From contig CP110440.1 of the NCBI GenBank assembly GCA_026914245.1, positions 3,162,001 through 3,226,000 on the forward strand: a DNA stretch of 64,000 nucleotides, in the 5' to 3' direction. Shown here one piece after another: positions 1 through 13,090 of this stretch (its first letter is position 1; each line of letters starts with the position of its first letter). Position numbers and translations under genes: made by a program. The DNA comes from Puccinia triticina (Eukaryota). The notes beneath the pieces were generated by a model. It did not search any database. It had not been told where the DNA came from and was given only the letters and a program-made list of their open reading frames with translations.

Positions 1-960
1 ATGCCATATCCTCACTTATAAATTGCAAACCCTCACCATCCAAATTCTTCCCTACCAGGCTAAGGGAGATGAATTAAGTGACAGGTGATGTATGCTATGA
101 TTCCAGAAAGCCTTGCCTCAAAAAGGCCATGCAAGAAAGACTGCGGGAGAGTTGTGCCAACTTGTGTTGTGCACACCTTGCTGATCGAATTTTCACCGCA
201 CATGTCTTGATCATTCTGACTGTGCGTCTACCTTTCTTTCTTTTGTATTTACTCTGTTTCTCTTCTCTTTTAATGACCATTGAAACCTTCTTTGCTGCGG
301 CAAAATTAAAAAGAAACAAGGAGCTGGTAACCTCAACCAGGAGTTCCTTGGACAATTATGGTGTTCAAATTTGCATAAGATTTTTTTGCATAAAACCATG
401 AACTGAAATTTTGTTGAAACTGCAACTGCCCAGGGTCCATTTCTCTCCCTTTCACACATCTGTCACTCTTTTTTCCTCCCTCCAGATGAATATGCTTGTT
501 CAACTTCTGCCCACAACTTGTCCCTCAGTTGTAATAGCTACAAAGTCTGCTCATCTAGATAATCAAAATACCATCAGTTCCTGCGCCTGTTCCCTGAGAC
601 CTGAGAGTCTCTTGTAGTGAGGGGCCTTTTTCCCCTTCACAGCTAAGCAGCTTGGCCCTTTCTTGGGCTCCCTTGTTTTGTTCTCCGCCTCGAGCTTTCT
701 TTTTCAGGCTTGTTTTTCACTCATCCCTCCGGCTCTGAGTCCAAAATTCATCAAATTTTGCCTGGGAGGTGTCACTTTAAATTTTATGCACACTGAAATC
801 TCCCAGCCAAACTTGGATTTATGATTTTATGTAAGCAGTGAAATATGCAATTTTGAACACCATAAATGCATTTCACCTGGGTGTAGGGAAAACTGACCAA
901 GCTGTGCTCTGTTTGTCACTCTGTTAATTTGTGATATCATATTTAGGTGGATAGAGTGAA

Positions 961-2487
961 CACTTCAAGGATAATTAAATTTCCCAAAAAAAATACTCAA
1001 AGTTTGAGGTTGGGAAAATCATTGAAAAAAATCACTCTGAACTGAAAAAAAATGCAAACTGAGCGTGCTCAGCCAAAAAAATAAAAATGTGTCAGACTGA
1101 GTAAAAAACAATGGGGCACATTTTTGGGGTGATTTGTTGGATGGGCCTGCAAAAGGCCCGCATGGGCCCCTAACAGGCCCGTTGGGCCCATTGAAAAAGT
1201 AGCATTTGTTTGGAATTCCGATGCTCTGCTAAAATGTGAAATGGGTCAAACTGAATAAAAAAAACATGGGGGTACATTTTTGGGGAGATTTTTTGGGCAG
1301 GCCTGAATGAGGCCCACATGGCCCCCACAAAGCCCACTGGGCCCATTGAAAGAGTAGCTTTGGTCAAGAATGCCTATGCTCAGCTAAGAAACAAAAATGT
1401 GTCAAACTGAATAAAAAACATGGGGGTACATTTTTGGGGAGATTTTTTCGGCGGGCCTGAATGAGGCCCACATGGCCCCCACAAAGCCCACTGGGCCCAT
1501 TGAAAGAGTAGCTTTGGTCAAGAATGCCTATGCTCAGCTAAGAAACAAAAATGTGTCAAACTGAATAAAAAACATGGGGGTACGTTTTTGGGGAGATTTT
1601 TTGGGCGGGCCTGAATGAGGCCCACATGGCCCCCACAAAGCCCACTGGGCCCATTGAAAGAGTAGCTTTTGTCAAGAATGCCTATGCTCAGCTAAGAAAC
1701 AAAAATGTGTCAACCTGAGTAAAAAACATGGGCCACACTTTTGGGGAGGGCTTATTGACAGACCTGCATCAGGCCCGTCAGGGCGCACCCAATACTGGTT
1801 TGGCCAACCCAGAAGTAGTCTTGGTTAAGAATGCCCATATGATGTTTCAGAACAGCACCAATTGACCACTAATCAACAGAAGATATTGAAGGGCTGCCAA
1901 CATCTGTATGACATTTGTGCACTCACAGAAAGTATGTCCAGGCCCTTTCCTCTTCCTTGGAACCCTGTTGGCCCGTATGGGCCTGATGCAGGCCCGTCCA
2001 AAAAGCCTCCCCAACAATGTGCCCCTAGGGTTTTTACTCAGTCTGACACATTTTATTTCTTAGATGAGCATATGCTTTCTTAACCAAGGCTACTCTTTCA
2101 ATGGGCCCAGTGGGCTTTGTGGGGGCCATGTGGGCCTCATTCAGGCCCATCCAGAAAATCTCCCCAAAAATGTACCCCCATGTTTTTTTTATTCAGTTTG
2201 ACCCATTTCACATTTTAGCAGAGCATCGGAATTCCAAACAAATACTACTTTTTCAATGGGCCCAACGGGCCTGTTAGGGGCCCATGCGGGCCTTGTGCAG
2301 GCCCATCCAACAAATCACCCCAAAAATGTGCCCCATTGTTTTTTACTCAGTCTGACACATTTTTATTTTTTTGGCTGAGTACGCTCAGTTTGCATTTTTT
2401 TTCAGTACAGAGTGATTTTTTTTCAATGATTTTCCCAACCTCAAACTTTGAGTATTTTTCTTGGGAAATTCAATCATCCTTGAAGTG
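961..2487. mobile_element. Foldback-type non-autonomous DNA transposon with long TIRs built from ~153-bp tandem units
   Basis: CACTTCAAGG... at 961 is the reverse complement of ...CCTTGAAGTG ending 2487. The arms match for ~400+ bp. Internal units recur at ~1085, 1236, 1396, 1549 and 1702. TGAA flanks both ends (957-960, 2488-2491). Confidence 0.85.
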
Positions 2488-3535
2488 TGAATTCTGTAGA
2501 AGATCCAAAATCATTTTATTCAGATCAGGTGACCAAATATTTCAACAATGTATGTATTTCTTGCAAAACCACATTGATGGGTATACATAACCATTGGTCC
2601 ATCCTTGAGGAGTAGGGGAAGATGTACAATTATGAGTGCCCAATGTCCCAGCTTAAAGGTAACAATTTCTGATCTGTAATTTTTGTTTTTGTTGGTACTT
2701 TTCTGTCTTGTCAAAGGAGATGAGAAGATGCAAAAAACAATGGAACATTAATCCCTACTTGGATTTTCCCGGATGATATTAATGGTCCACCTGTCAATAT
2801 TATATTGCGCAAAGAGTGGGTAGGAAGTGATCTTTTTGGAAATGCCACATCCATGCTGGGACAATACAAAGTTTTGCCATGGGGCCAAGGGGGGTCGCCG
2901 CCGGGGTGAATTGAGTTTTGTTGATCACCAGTGGCACTACTGGCAGTGCCAACTGCTTTGTCCAACCTTAACACAAGTACCAGCCTCCGTGCGGGCGTGA
3001 AACATTTGGCTGGTTGCAAAGCAACCCCTGGCGACCTCAACCAGAGGGAGGGCCTTGCACATTAAAACACATTTCACGTGTGAGCCAATTCCAAGGTTTT
3101 GGTGGGAGCGGCCTTGTTTCCATCACCACACCTCCAATAACTTGCAGATATTTTCCAGGTTTGACGAGGGAATACATCTACATGTTTTTGATTTTTCAAT
3201 ATTTTTTTACTACAAAATCTTGATGCAATCAAGTGAAAAAAATATTGAAGTTTGAGATTTTGATCTTTGATCTGGCTTGTGCCTTGTATGACAAGGACCA
3301 TGCGCATTCATACTATTTCTTGTCCTTGAGTTTCAAAAATGAAGGAGTGAGAATACAACAATAAAAAAAAAAAACTGAAAAATCAAGGAGGTAAACTGTC
3401 AGAAAAACAAACCAAGAAAAAATTACAGTGATTGGCATGGAAGCAAGGAGGAAAAGAATGGCATGTACACTCAAACCTGTCTAAGGCAACAATGGGCCTA
3501 TACTATACTCTACTGTGACCGGGCCTTTCTGTTAT

Positions 3536-4491
3536 TGTCAGCCTCGGTGATGCCAAGAACAGCGTTCTTCTAGCTACACCGGGTGATAGCGAATAAAAGG
3601 GTAAGTTTTGAGGTTGTTTTGTTTGGAATAAATAAAAGAAATATATATTTTTAAAGGAGGGGCCTGCGAACAGGGGTTGTTTAGATCCCTCCTAAGATAA
3701 TAGCTGGGGCCTGCTAGCAGGTGTTGTTTTATTCCCAGTCTTACAGTTAAAAGGAAATAGCGGCGATAAAGAGAAATGGTTTCTTACTTACTTATAATAA
3801 GGAACCAATCTGTTATCACTGCGAGAGATGATCAAGAATTTACGGAAGGCTAGAGACGGCGAATGTTTGAAGACGAGATCGATCGAAAGCTGAGAGGAAA
3901 TCGATGCAATACTGGTATTAGAATATTGGTGGGTTGTCTTAAGCTGAGGAAAAAATGAAATGAGGTCGAACAGACCTCCTTAAATATTCTTTCCTTATCT
4001 TGATTCAATGGGGATACTATTTCACTCGAATGTCTTCGCGGGCTGGGGCGGACAGTATTTCTCGATGACATTCGATTCTTGATGGGGTTGTTGCTTTTCT
4101 GTCAGTTTATCTTTCTCGAGTTCGGATGGGGCGGTTCGTTATTGAGGTCTATCGGCTTATCTCTCTAGAACTTGGTTTATCGCACTCGAACTCGGATAAG
4201 GCCTTATTTTGTCTGGAGAATATTATTTCTCAGACACAATATTATAAGTGACACCTGTCAACTAGATGTCATTGACATTTTTGTATGTAGCTCACGCGCA
4301 CGGGTGTAGTTTAATATTCACCCTGACTATATTTCAAATATTCACTACTTTTCAGATTAAACTTATATGTATTTATATCTTTATATTATAAGTGACAGAT
4401 CAACTAGTTGTCTGTCACAAAAAATTCTAAATATCATTTATAATTATTTATACAAGTGTTACGCTGGCTTGCGCTGCGTAGCCAGCTGACA
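3536..4491 (-). repeat. 3' LTR of Gypsy element 1
   Basis: Near-identical to 11144-12099 (about a dozen substitutions). Adjacent to the polypurine tract. Confidence 0.95.
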
Positions 4492-4527
4492 TTTCCTACC
4501 CCTTAAGATGAGACTATAGAAAAAAAA

Positions 4528-7500
4528 TCAGAGGTTTTTAGACCTTTTCGAAAGTCTATAATTACGGAGATGAATAGTTCCATCTGGAATATTGTTTTCA
4601 GGCAACCATTCATCTCTATCTGCTGAATTATTTTTGTACCGTACAAGGTACAGACGCACATCTTTACCATTAATACGTTCCTTCTTATCTTTTAGAATTT
4701 TCTGCACTTGTAATTTTGAATTCTCAACTGGTTCTTCTACAGGAATAGTAGGTTGAACATCTATAGATTCTCCAGGTCTTGATATCCATGGTTTAATTAA
4801 ACTTACTGGAAATACTGGGTGCTTTCTTGAAAGTTCTTCACTCAGAATTACCTCAACTGCATTTTTCCCATGTAGTTGTTTGATGACAAAAGGTCCAACA
4901 AAAGAAGGCTTGAGTCTTCTATTCCCTCCCAGATTATTGAAGTTTACCGTGGATAACATTACTTTATCTCCAACCTTAAATTCTGGTTCTCTATGACTCT
5001 TGTCCCACCTATTCTTGTTGTACTCTACAGCCTCTGTTACACAATTTCTTGCATGATCATGGGCCGCATCTAGCATCTTTTTAAAATCTGAAGAAGTTGG
5101 ATGAATATATGGCAATTTGTCATTAACAGTATTTTTAGGCAGTCTAGGTATCCACCCACGTTCTAAGACATAAGGAGCCTCTTTAGTTGTGGAGTGTTTG
5201 CTACTGTTATATGCAACTTCTAAAGCAGGGAGAAGGTTAACCCAATCATGTGTATAACCATCTTGATTTTTAAATTCAAAACCAAATGAACAGAATCTGC
5301 GGAGCATATCTTCTAAAGTTTGAATCATTCTCTCTGCTAATCCATCAGTCTGAGGGTGATAAGCCGTAGAAAAAGCAAGTTTTGTCCCTAACATGTCATG
5401 CAAGTTGCGCCAAAATTCAGATGTAAATTTTGGATCCCTATCACTAATAATAATTTTAGGAATGCCTACATCAGACATGATTCTATTCCAGAACAACATA
5501 GCAATTTCCATAGCTGTGTCATCCTTATGGTTAGGTATAAAACGTGCTCTCTTAGAGAAACGGTCTACTATTACTAATACAGAATTATATGAATAAGCTC
5601 CAGCAGGAGGGAGACCAGTTACAAAATCCATATTAATAATTTCCCATTGGGATTTAGGTTCAGCAATTTTTTGTAGAAGGCCAAATCTTTTTCCTGTCTG
5701 CTTATTAGCTTTTTGGCAGATGTCACAAGATTTTATATAAGTTTGGGCTTCTTTCTTCCAATTGATCCACCAAGCTGTATTACGAATTCTTTCTAGTGTT
5801 CTATCTTCTGAAAAATGCCCAGAAGTTATACTATCATGACACTCCTTTAGTATATCAACTATTTGATTTTTGTCACAGAGTACTAGTACACTAGAATGTT
5901 TATTTCTATAATACAGTAATCCATCCAACAGAGTAAATTTTCCTAACTTATAATCTACCAGTAATTCAGATCGTAAGCTAGAAATCAACTCAGTGGGACA
6001 ATTATCATTTTTTAAGATCTCCACCAGTGTTAACAGGTTCGAGTCTTGATCATAACTGTTACGGACTAAGTCATAAAAAGCCTCATCCAAATCACACACA
6101 TGAATACCTAATATGGGAAAAATATCTTCATCATCAGGATCATACGCAGGATTATCCGGAGTATTTGGTAAAGCCCATCTACTTAATCCGTCAGCATTTT
6201 TATGTTTCTTACCTTCCTTATGAATTATAGTCATATGACCACGGTATTGCTGTATTGCAATTTGCCACCTCAACATATGACGATTAGGAGTCTTCATGTT
6301 CATTAGAGTCTTAACAGCCATACAATCCGAGATTACTACAAAGTTAGAACCTTCAAGGTAGTAATGCAATTTTTCGAGAGCCCAAACTAGTGCTAAACAT
6401 TCCATTTGACTAGCCCCATACCTCCTTTCAGAATCTTTAATTTGTCTAGATATGAAAAGGATAGGTTTCTCAACAACCTGATCATCTATAAGAAATTCTT
6501 GATGAAGAGCTGCTCCTAACCCATCTAAGCAAGCATCAATGTAAAATATAAATGGTTTAGTATAATCAGGTTGAGCTAATACTGGCGCACTAGTCAATAG
6601 TTTCTTCAACTGTTCATAAGCCTGCACTCTCTCATAGTTCATTTCAAATATTGTATCCTCATTACAAACTGCATACAAACACTTGGTAATATTAGAGAAC
6701 TGTGGAACAAATTGCCTATAATAACTACAAAATCCCAGAAAAGACATCATTTCTTTTTTATTACTTGGCATGGGATTTAGTAATACTGCAGCCACTTTGT
6801 GTTGATCTAATGCTAACATAAGACCAGACACTATACTTCCTAGGGCTTTGAGCTCCCCATATCCAAAGTTACATTTTTTTATGGACATTTTTAATCCTAC
6901 TTCAATGGATTTTTCTAAGATCATTCTTACCTTTTCTTTGTGATCATCCCAATCATCAGAATAAATTATAATATCATCTATATATACCATCATCCATCCC
7001 TGTCTGATATATTGGCCAAATATAGAATCCATCATCCTTTGAAAGTGAGAGGGAGCATTCTTAATACCAAAGGGCATACGGAGATATTCAAATACTCCCA
7101 GATGGCAAATTATTCTGAGAAACTTACGACTTTCTTCTTCTATAGGTATTTGATGAAATCCTTTCAAAACATCCATTGTAGGAATGTATTTTGCTTTAGA
7201 TAAGTTGTGCAAAGCATGTTCAATTCTCGGTATAGGGTAATGATCTGCTTTAGTATAAGTATTCAAGGCTCTAAAATCACCTACCATCCTAGACTTATCA
7301 TTATGCCAAGCTATCATAACTGGTGTAGTCATTTCTACTTGTTCATTATGACCAACTTTTCTGATAACTCTGAGATCTAGTAGTTCATTGATATGATTCT
7401 CAAGAGCTTCTCTGGATTTAGGACTTGAGGGATAAGCTGCTTTCCTTAACATAGGGGGATAAGGTGTTTGTACAGTTAATTCTATGCTCATATCATGACC

Positions 7501-8766
7501 TTTGATATCTCCAATAGGTTCATCTGAAGTACAAAATGCTTGTTTATTATCAAAGCATATTTTCAAAATATCCATTTTCTGACTGTCACTAAGTTCATTA
7601 TTAACAGCTGCTTGATTTAAATAATCTGCTTTAAAACATAACATTTGTTTCTGTATTTCAGGATCCATTTTAGTAACTGGATCACTTATAATAGAATTAA
7701 TATTACAAATTTGGAACTTTCTCTTCCAATCACCACCTATAGTATAATGCCTATCTTTACTTTGGAAAATATCAAATCCGTACATACAAAATGTATCATT
7801 TCCTAGAATAAGATAATCACATAAAGCATCCTGCAATACTACAAATTCAACAATAAGTCTCACTGATCCTTTAGTGTGAGGGAATATTAGAGGCATAGAA
7901 ACTATTCCTATAGGATGCATGTTTGAGTTACAACTGCTGAATTTGGCTTTTGGTACAGGCAATAAGTGTTCTCTCCATTCAGAATAACATTTATCTAAGA
8001 AGGATTGGCTAGTACATGAACAGAAAGCCCCAATGTCAAGTAAAGCTTTTACCTCAGTTCCAGCAAAAAGAACAGTAGTGTAGCTGGATTTACCTAAAGT
8101 ATAGTTCTTACCTTGCTCAGGTTTATTTGTTAAAATCTTAGCATCTGTGACATGTCCTACTCCCATACTAGGGTGCCATTTCTGCGTAAGATGAGAATCT
8201 CCATGAATGGTATTGATATGAAGTTCATTACCTATATCAGCTTGAATAACAAGAGTTTTATAATCTGGTTCCTCATCATTAATAACCAGATTTATTCCTG
8301 AGCTCTTATCAGATTCTTCTGAGTCTGAGGTATTAACTTCAGCTCCTTCTACATTCATGATCTTTTTACGGGGTTTGGGACAATCAGGTCTTTTATGTCC
8401 TAACTCTCCACAATTGTAACATTCTGGCTGAGGTGGTGGTTTTCTAACCTGCTCTTTAGCTGGAGTAGCTTTATCTTCTCTAGGTACTTCTTGAGAAGAA
8501 ATCATCTTTTCTCTTAGAGTATATCTAGATTTCTTATTAAAACCCATATGTTCTACTACTTCTTCCAAGGTAGTAATGAATTCAGCTAGATCAACACATC
8601 TGTCTCCCAACCTACATCTCATAGGATGTTGTATGGTATATTTCAGTTGATTAAGCATCCTATCATTCCTTTCTTCTAATGTAGCAGAAGGATGTATAGC
8701 ATCTATTCTTCTTTTCTGAATTAAGCACCATTCATGAGGAATATTATGTCCAGGGTCAAAGATCAT
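4528..8766 (-). CDS. Gag C-terminus + Pol polyprotein (Zn knuckle, aspartic protease, RT, RNase H, integrase, chromodomain)
   Basis: [47 protein letters not shown] plus [22 protein letters not shown], and a C-terminal chromodomain YLVRYKN...DEW. Confidence 0.95.
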   Translation of the reverse strand: MIFDPGHNIPHEWCLIQKRRIDAIHPSATLEERNDRMLNQLKYTIQHPMRCRLGDRCVDLAEFITTLEEVVEHMGFNKKSRYTLREKMISSQEVPREDKATPAKEQVRKPPPQPECYNCGELGHKRPDCPKPRKKIMNVEGAEVNTSDSEESDKSSGINLVINDEEPDYKTLVIQADIGNELHINTIHGDSHLTQKWHPSMGVGHVTDAKILTNKPEQGKNYTLGKSSYTTVLFAGTEVKALLDIGAFCSCTSQSFLDKCYSEWREHLLPVPKAKFSSCNSNMHPIGIVSMPLIFPHTKGSVRLIVEFVVLQDALCDYLILGNDTFCMYGFDIFQSKDRHYTIGGDWKRKFQICNINSIISDPVTKMDPEIQKQMLCFKADYLNQAAVNNELSDSQKMDILKICFDNKQAFCTSDEPIGDIKGHDMSIELTVQTPYPPMLRKAAYPSSPKSREALENHINELLDLRVIRKVGHNEQVEMTTPVMIAWHNDKSRMVGDFRALNTYTKADHYPIPRIEHALHNLSKAKYIPTMDVLKGFHQIPIEEESRKFLRIICHLGVFEYLRMPFGIKNAPSHFQRMMDSIFGQYIRQGWMMVYIDDIIIYSDDWDDHKEKVRMILEKSIEVGLKMSIKKCNFGYGELKALGSIVSGLMLALDQHKVAAVLLNPMPSNKKEMMSFLGFCSYYRQFVPQFSNITKCLYAVCNEDTIFEMNYERVQAYEQLKKLLTSAPVLAQPDYTKPFIFYIDACLDGLGAALHQEFLIDDQVVEKPILFISRQIKDSERRYGASQMECLALVWALEKLHYYLEGSNFVVISDCMAVKTLMNMKTPNRHMLRWQIAIQQYRGHMTIIHKEGKKHKNADGLSRWALPNTPDNPAYDPDDEDIFPILGIHVCDLDEAFYDLVRNSYDQDSNLLTLVEILKNDNCPTELISSLRSELLVDYKLGKFTLLDGLLYYRNKHSSVLVLCDKNQIVDILKECHDSITSGHFSEDRTLERIRNTAWWINWKKEAQTYIKSCDICQKANKQTGKRFGLLQKIAEPKSQWEIINMDFVTGLPPAGAYSYNSVLVIVDRFSKRARFIPNHKDDTAMEIAMLFWNRIMSDVGIPKIIISDRDPKFTSEFWRNLHDMLGTKLAFSTAYHPQTDGLAERMIQTLEDMLRRFCSFGFEFKNQDGYTHDWVNLLPALEVAYNSSKHSTTKEAPYVLERGWIPRLPKNTVNDKLPYIHPTSSDFKKMLDAAHDHARNCVTEAVEYNKNRWDKSHREPEFKVGDKVMLSTVNFNNLGGNRRLKPSFVGPFVIKQLHGKNAVEVILSEELSRKHPVFPVSLIKPWISRPGESIDVQPTIPVEEPVENSKLQVQKILKDKKERINGKDVRLYLVRYKNNSADRDEWLPENNIPDGTIHLRNYRLSKRSKNL

Positions 8767-9913
8767 TATCTAGAGCTAATCTCACTCCATTTCTCCAATT
8801 TCTAGTGCCAAACCTGGCTTTGATCAATTCTTTCCAAGTTTCCCAAGTTTGATCTCCAACTTCTTCTTGTTTATTAACAAACCAGTCTAGAGCAACACCT
8901 TCAAATAATCTGGGTAATCTCACTACTGCTATTTCATCATCTGCTCTATAAGATTTCAACATATGATCTATATATCTGATAAAATTAATATGATCATAGT
9001 CACCTTGACCTGTGAGCTTGGGCCAATCTTTTATAGGAGGAAGTAATTTATTTATAGCAGCATTATCCATAGTTCTGAAACTATTAGCGTAACGTGGACC
9101 ATTATTAGGTGGTGAGCCATTATTACGCCCTGTAGGTATCTCTCCCTCAGTTTGATTTCCAGATTTATTATCCTGAGCTTTGTGGGGAGCAGAATCACGC
9201 ATAAAAGGATTATTAAATTTATGAGTGTATTGTTCAGGTTTTGGAGTAAATACAGGTTCAGGTTTCTCTGCAAAAGCTTTCTCTGTATTTAATTTGAATT
9301 GTTTCAATTCAATTTGGACTTGATCAACTTGTTTGTGCATGGCTTCAGCTAAATCCTCAACATTATTCATACGGAATCCTTGTTGTATTAAGAGATCTTT
9401 GATATCATCCAAAGCATCTGCATTTTTCTTTTGGTTTATGATAATATCTTGTTTCAATGAAGATATTACATAGTCAGAATGAGAAGATATCATTGATTCA
9501 ATTTTACTCAACAATTCATATGAATAATCTTTTCCATTTTCCTTAATACTTAGTGATATTTTATTTACAATACCATCCGTATTAGTAGATATTTTCTTAA
9601 GATCTTCAGTTTCTCTGAGCAATCTTTTAAATATCTCCAAATGTTGGGGTTGGAACTCGATGGGCAAAGGTTTTTCAATACAATTTAATATCTCAGAAGA
9701 ATTAGTATTGAATTCTTTTTTAAGATCAGATAACAATGAATCAAATTTGTTTACAATGGTTTTTAAATTTGATTCACTATTAGCATCTAAGGTAGAAATA
9801 TTTAAGTTGACAACATCTAAAGAATCTAACAATGTAGTAACAATACTATTACTTAGTTTATGTTCTTGTACAACCCTTCGGCTATCTTGAGCATGTCCAA
9901 TACCTTCTTCCAT
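8756..9913 (-). CDS. Gag N-terminal/capsid portion, frameshifted relative to the downstream ORF
   Basis: Coiled-coil-like region followed by a retrotransposon-gag motif (FEGVALDWF...[13 protein letters not shown]), collinear with the gag of element 2. Confidence 0.85.
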   Translation of the reverse strand: MEEGIGHAQDSRRVVQEHKLSNSIVTTLLDSLDVVNLNISTLDANSESNLKTIVNKFDSLLSDLKKEFNTNSSEILNCIEKPLPIEFQPQHLEIFKRLLRETEDLKKISTNTDGIVNKISLSIKENGKDYSYELLSKIESMISSHSDYVISSLKQDIIINQKKNADALDDIKDLLIQQGFRMNNVEDLAEAMHKQVDQVQIELKQFKLNTEKAFAEKPEPVFTPKPEQYTHKFNNPFMRDSAPHKAQDNKSGNQTEGEIPTGRNNGSPPNNGPRYANSFRTMDNAAINKLLPPIKDWPKLTGQGDYDHINFIRYIDHMLKSYRADDEIAVVRLPRLFEGVALDWFVNKQEEVGDQTWETWKELIKARFGTRNWRNGVRLALDNDL

Positions 9914-10643
9914 TTGTGAGGATTCTCAAAGTTGATCGAAGTCGAGCTGCGGCGTTTGCCGAATCTTTCTTCCTTGGGAGGAGCTGGGAAGTACTTCTTC
10001 TTCTCGGTCCAAGGGTTCCACCCTTTGACGAAAGCTTCAATCTCGTCGTTTGGCATAATCTTCTGGAGTGCCTTTTGGCTTTCTTGCGCTTGAGTTAAGA
10101 GGGCTCGGAGGTTCGGGGTCGCTCCGAGTAATCCTTCCTCGAGACATTTCTTCTAGATAGCGATATGCTCTCTGACCAGGCATACCGCTTTCTCCTTCTC
10201 CAATGGTGAGGATGTTTCGGGCGCGGCTGGGAGCGCCGGAGTACCGTTCGTGGTAGGGGGTGCCGGGATAGCCGCCAAGGATGTGGACGGGGGTATGTCC
10301 AGATCCATCGCCGAATCCTTCGACGAATCCTTCTCCGGGATCGGAGGTGGTGCGTCCTTTCGATTCAACTGTTTGAATTTCATGTTCTTGATGCGCTCTT
10401 GGAGCATTTCTTCCTCTCTGTCTTGTTGGATCGGGGAGGAGTCCGCTGAGTTCGGGTTTGTTTGATCTGGTAGGTACAGTCATTTTGATTAGTTATCTAT
10501 AAGTCTTTCTGTTTATATATGGTTATTCAGAAAGGATGACTAACTTATAACGGGATCAACTTCTTTTTCAGTAGCGATATCAATACCAGGAGTAGCAGCA
10601 ATATCGCCGACTGCGGTGCGGATAGATTCGCTATCGGAAGCCA
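9853..10643 (-). pseudogene. Extra upstream ORF (ORF0) of Gypsy element 1, spliced, with one internal stop
   Basis: Exon 10643-10545, GT-AG intron 10544-10467, then exon 10466-9853 in one frame (…EKEVDPVI/NQTNPN…MLQERIK…REHIAI*…KGWNPW…AEGLYKNIN). Confidence 0.6.
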
Positions 10644-11124
10644 CTTAATAATAGAAAAAGAGATTAGAAGGTTAGTTTGATATAAGTAAACTTAAAAGAA
10701 TAGAGCTTAGTTCTTCTAACTCTCCTTTGTTCGCGGTGATAAGCGCGGTGATTGCGAACTAGTTCGTTGATAGCTAGTCGAGCTTCAATGTCTTCTTGCT
10801 CGTGTATGTGCGCGTGGTAGACCGCAAGTTGGATTTGTTCCTCTTTCGTGAGAGACTCCCAAGCAGTAGGAACGTAATTGCGTTCTGCTTCTTCTTTGCG
10901 TAACCTGAGATATCAAAGGTAATACGCGATCAGTTCGGCGTTTTCTTTTAGGTTCACTAGAAGAAATAGATATAAAAGAATAATTCAATATTTTTATATT
11001 TTTTATGTTATTTCGATAGAATTAGATAGATAAGAAATGAATTAGAATAATTTTTGTTGGTTTGGTTTTTTATATATAGAAGAGTATGATAGGAGCCGAG
11101 TAATATGAGGATTACGAGGATTGG

Positions 11125-11141
11125 TCCCGGTTTGGCCCCCA
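11125..11141 (-). promoter_or_regulatory. Primer-binding site, probably tRNA-Pro
   Basis: TGGGGGCCAAACCGGGA begins 2 nt after the 5' LTR. Its complement TCCCGGTTTGGCCCCCA resembles eukaryotic tRNA-Pro 3' ends. Confidence 0.7.
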
Positions 11142-11143
11142 GT

Positions 11144-12099
11144 TGTCAGCCTCGGTGATGCCAAGAACAGTTTTCTTCTAGCTACACCGGGTGATAGCAA
11201 ATAAAAGGGTAAGTTTTGAGGTTGTTTTGTTTGGAATAAATAAAAGAAATATATATTTTTAAAGGAGGGGCCTGCGAACAGGGGTTGTTTAGATCCCTCC
11301 TAAGATAATAGCTGGGGCCTGCTAGCAGGTGTTGTTATATTCCCAGTCTTACAGTTAAAAGGAAATAGCGGCGATAAAGAGAAATGGTTTCTTACTTACT
11401 TATAATAAGGAACCAATCTGTTATCACTGCGAGAGATGATCAAGAATTTACGGAAGGCTAGAGACGGCGAATGTTCGAAGACAAGATCGATCGAAAGCTG
11501 AGAGGAAATCGATGCGATACTGGTATTAGAATATCGGTGGGTTGTCTTAAGCTGAGGAAAAAATGAAATGAGGTCGAACAGACCTCCTTAAATATTCTTT
11601 CCTTATCTTGATTCAATGGGGATACTATTTCACTCGAATGTCTTCGCGGGCTGGGGCGGACAGTATTTCTCGATGACATTCGATTCTTGATGGGGTTGTT
11701 GCTTTTCTGTCAGTTTATCTTTCTCAAGTTCGGATGGGGCGGTTCGTTATCGAGGTCTATCGGCTTATCTCTCTAGAACTTGGTTTATTGCACTCGAACT
11801 CGGATAAGGCCTTATTTTGTCTGGAGAATATTATTTCTCAGACACAATATTATAAGTGACACCTGTCAACTAGATGTCATTGACATTTTTGTATGTAGCT
11901 CACGCGCACGGGTGTAGTTTAATATTCACCCTGACTATATTTCAAATATTCACTACTTTTCAGATTAAACTTATATGTATTTATATCTTTATATTATAAG
12001 TGACAGATCAACTAGTTGTCTGTCACAAAAAATTCTAAATATCATTTATAATTATTTATACAAGTGTTACGCTGGCTTGCGCTGCGTAGCCGGCTGACA
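11144..12099 (-). repeat. 5' LTR of Gypsy element 1
   Basis: Direct repeat of 3536-4491, followed by the PBS on the minus strand. Confidence 0.95.
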
Positions 12100-13090
12100 G
12101 TTATTGTATAGGTCTGGTTGTACCACCCTATACTAATAACTGTACTAGTATTGGCCCTTGCTGCAAATGGCCCGTATAGTATTCTAAGGTTTTTCTCTGG
12201 AACAAAAAATACAGGTATAGTAAATTTTTTTGCCCCTGGTTACCGTTGAGATATTTTTCTCTGTGGCTGCAGGTGTGTGTGGCTCCAGACGTGGTGGTCT
12301 GTTCCCTTCAACTACTTCAAAATCTGTCAGCAGCCTTATGTGGCTTTGTGAGGATTTTCCCCTCTCAGGGGACTTTGCTGAGGCCGGAAAGGCTTTGGGT
12401 GCTCTGATCCCCAAGTCCAAGAAATAAATAAATTTTCATCCCTACTGAGTAGTGGTACTGGCCACATCTGGCCAGTATAGCATTGAGACTTTTTTTATTT
12501 CTTCCTTCATTTGGATATAGTATTTTCAAAAAAAAAAAAAAAAACTCATGTAATTGGATATAGTATTAAAAATTCATTACGGAAAATGGAAATAACAGTA
12601 CTGTTAATGGACCAAAAAAATATGATATATCTGTATAGTAAAGGCCCATTGTTGTCTAAGGGCCCTTTGGGAGAAGACTTTTGGTATGACTTGAAGTTTA
12701 GGCAGGTTATGTCCTTAGAGATGGTGATTTTTCAGGGCAATCACCAGGGGAGACTTTGACACACTCTCCAGGGTGTGCCAGAGTCTAATTTTATGTTGTT
12801 CTGGGTCTGATGTGAGTCAGATGTGGATTAGGAAATGATTGATAAATTCTTCAGAAGTCAATGGGAAGTGTGTCAGAAGTGATGTGGAATTATCACAGGA
12901 CCTTGTGCAATGTTGTATATAACCATTTAATTTTCCAATGATAACTTAATTACAATCTGTCATGAAATCATAGTTAATCAATGCCCAATTATTACTCATT
13001 TATGGTGAATTTCTGTTGATCAATTTCTCTATGTCAAAGGGGTTCCGAACAACGTAAATGTGACTTGCGGGGGCTTTCATTGCTTTCTGA

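Larger units (their letters stand above)
3536..12099 (-). mobile_element. Full-length Ty3/Gypsy chromovirus LTR retrotransposon (element 1)
   Basis: 956-bp LTRs at 3536-4491 and 11144-12099 (TGTCA...TGACA). GTTAT TSD at 3531-3535 and 12100-12104. PPT at 4492-4503, PBS at ~11125-11141, gag-pol in between. Confidence 0.97.
3485..12656. mobile_element. PIF/Harbinger-like MITE (~600 bp) split by the Gypsy insertion
   Basis: TIRs GGCAACAATGGGCCTATACTATA / TATAGTAAAGGCCCATTGTTGTC. TAA TSD at 3482-3484 and 12657-12659. Confidence 0.75.

Noticed and set aside
8755..8766. CTT-TGA-C 'shifty stop' at the gag break, as in prfB-type +1 frameshifting
   Set aside because: It lies mid-capsid, before the zinc knuckle. 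Alignment with the continuous gag of element 2 (AFRRSKFD vs ALDNDxFD) fits a 2-nt deletion better. A family consensus would settle it.
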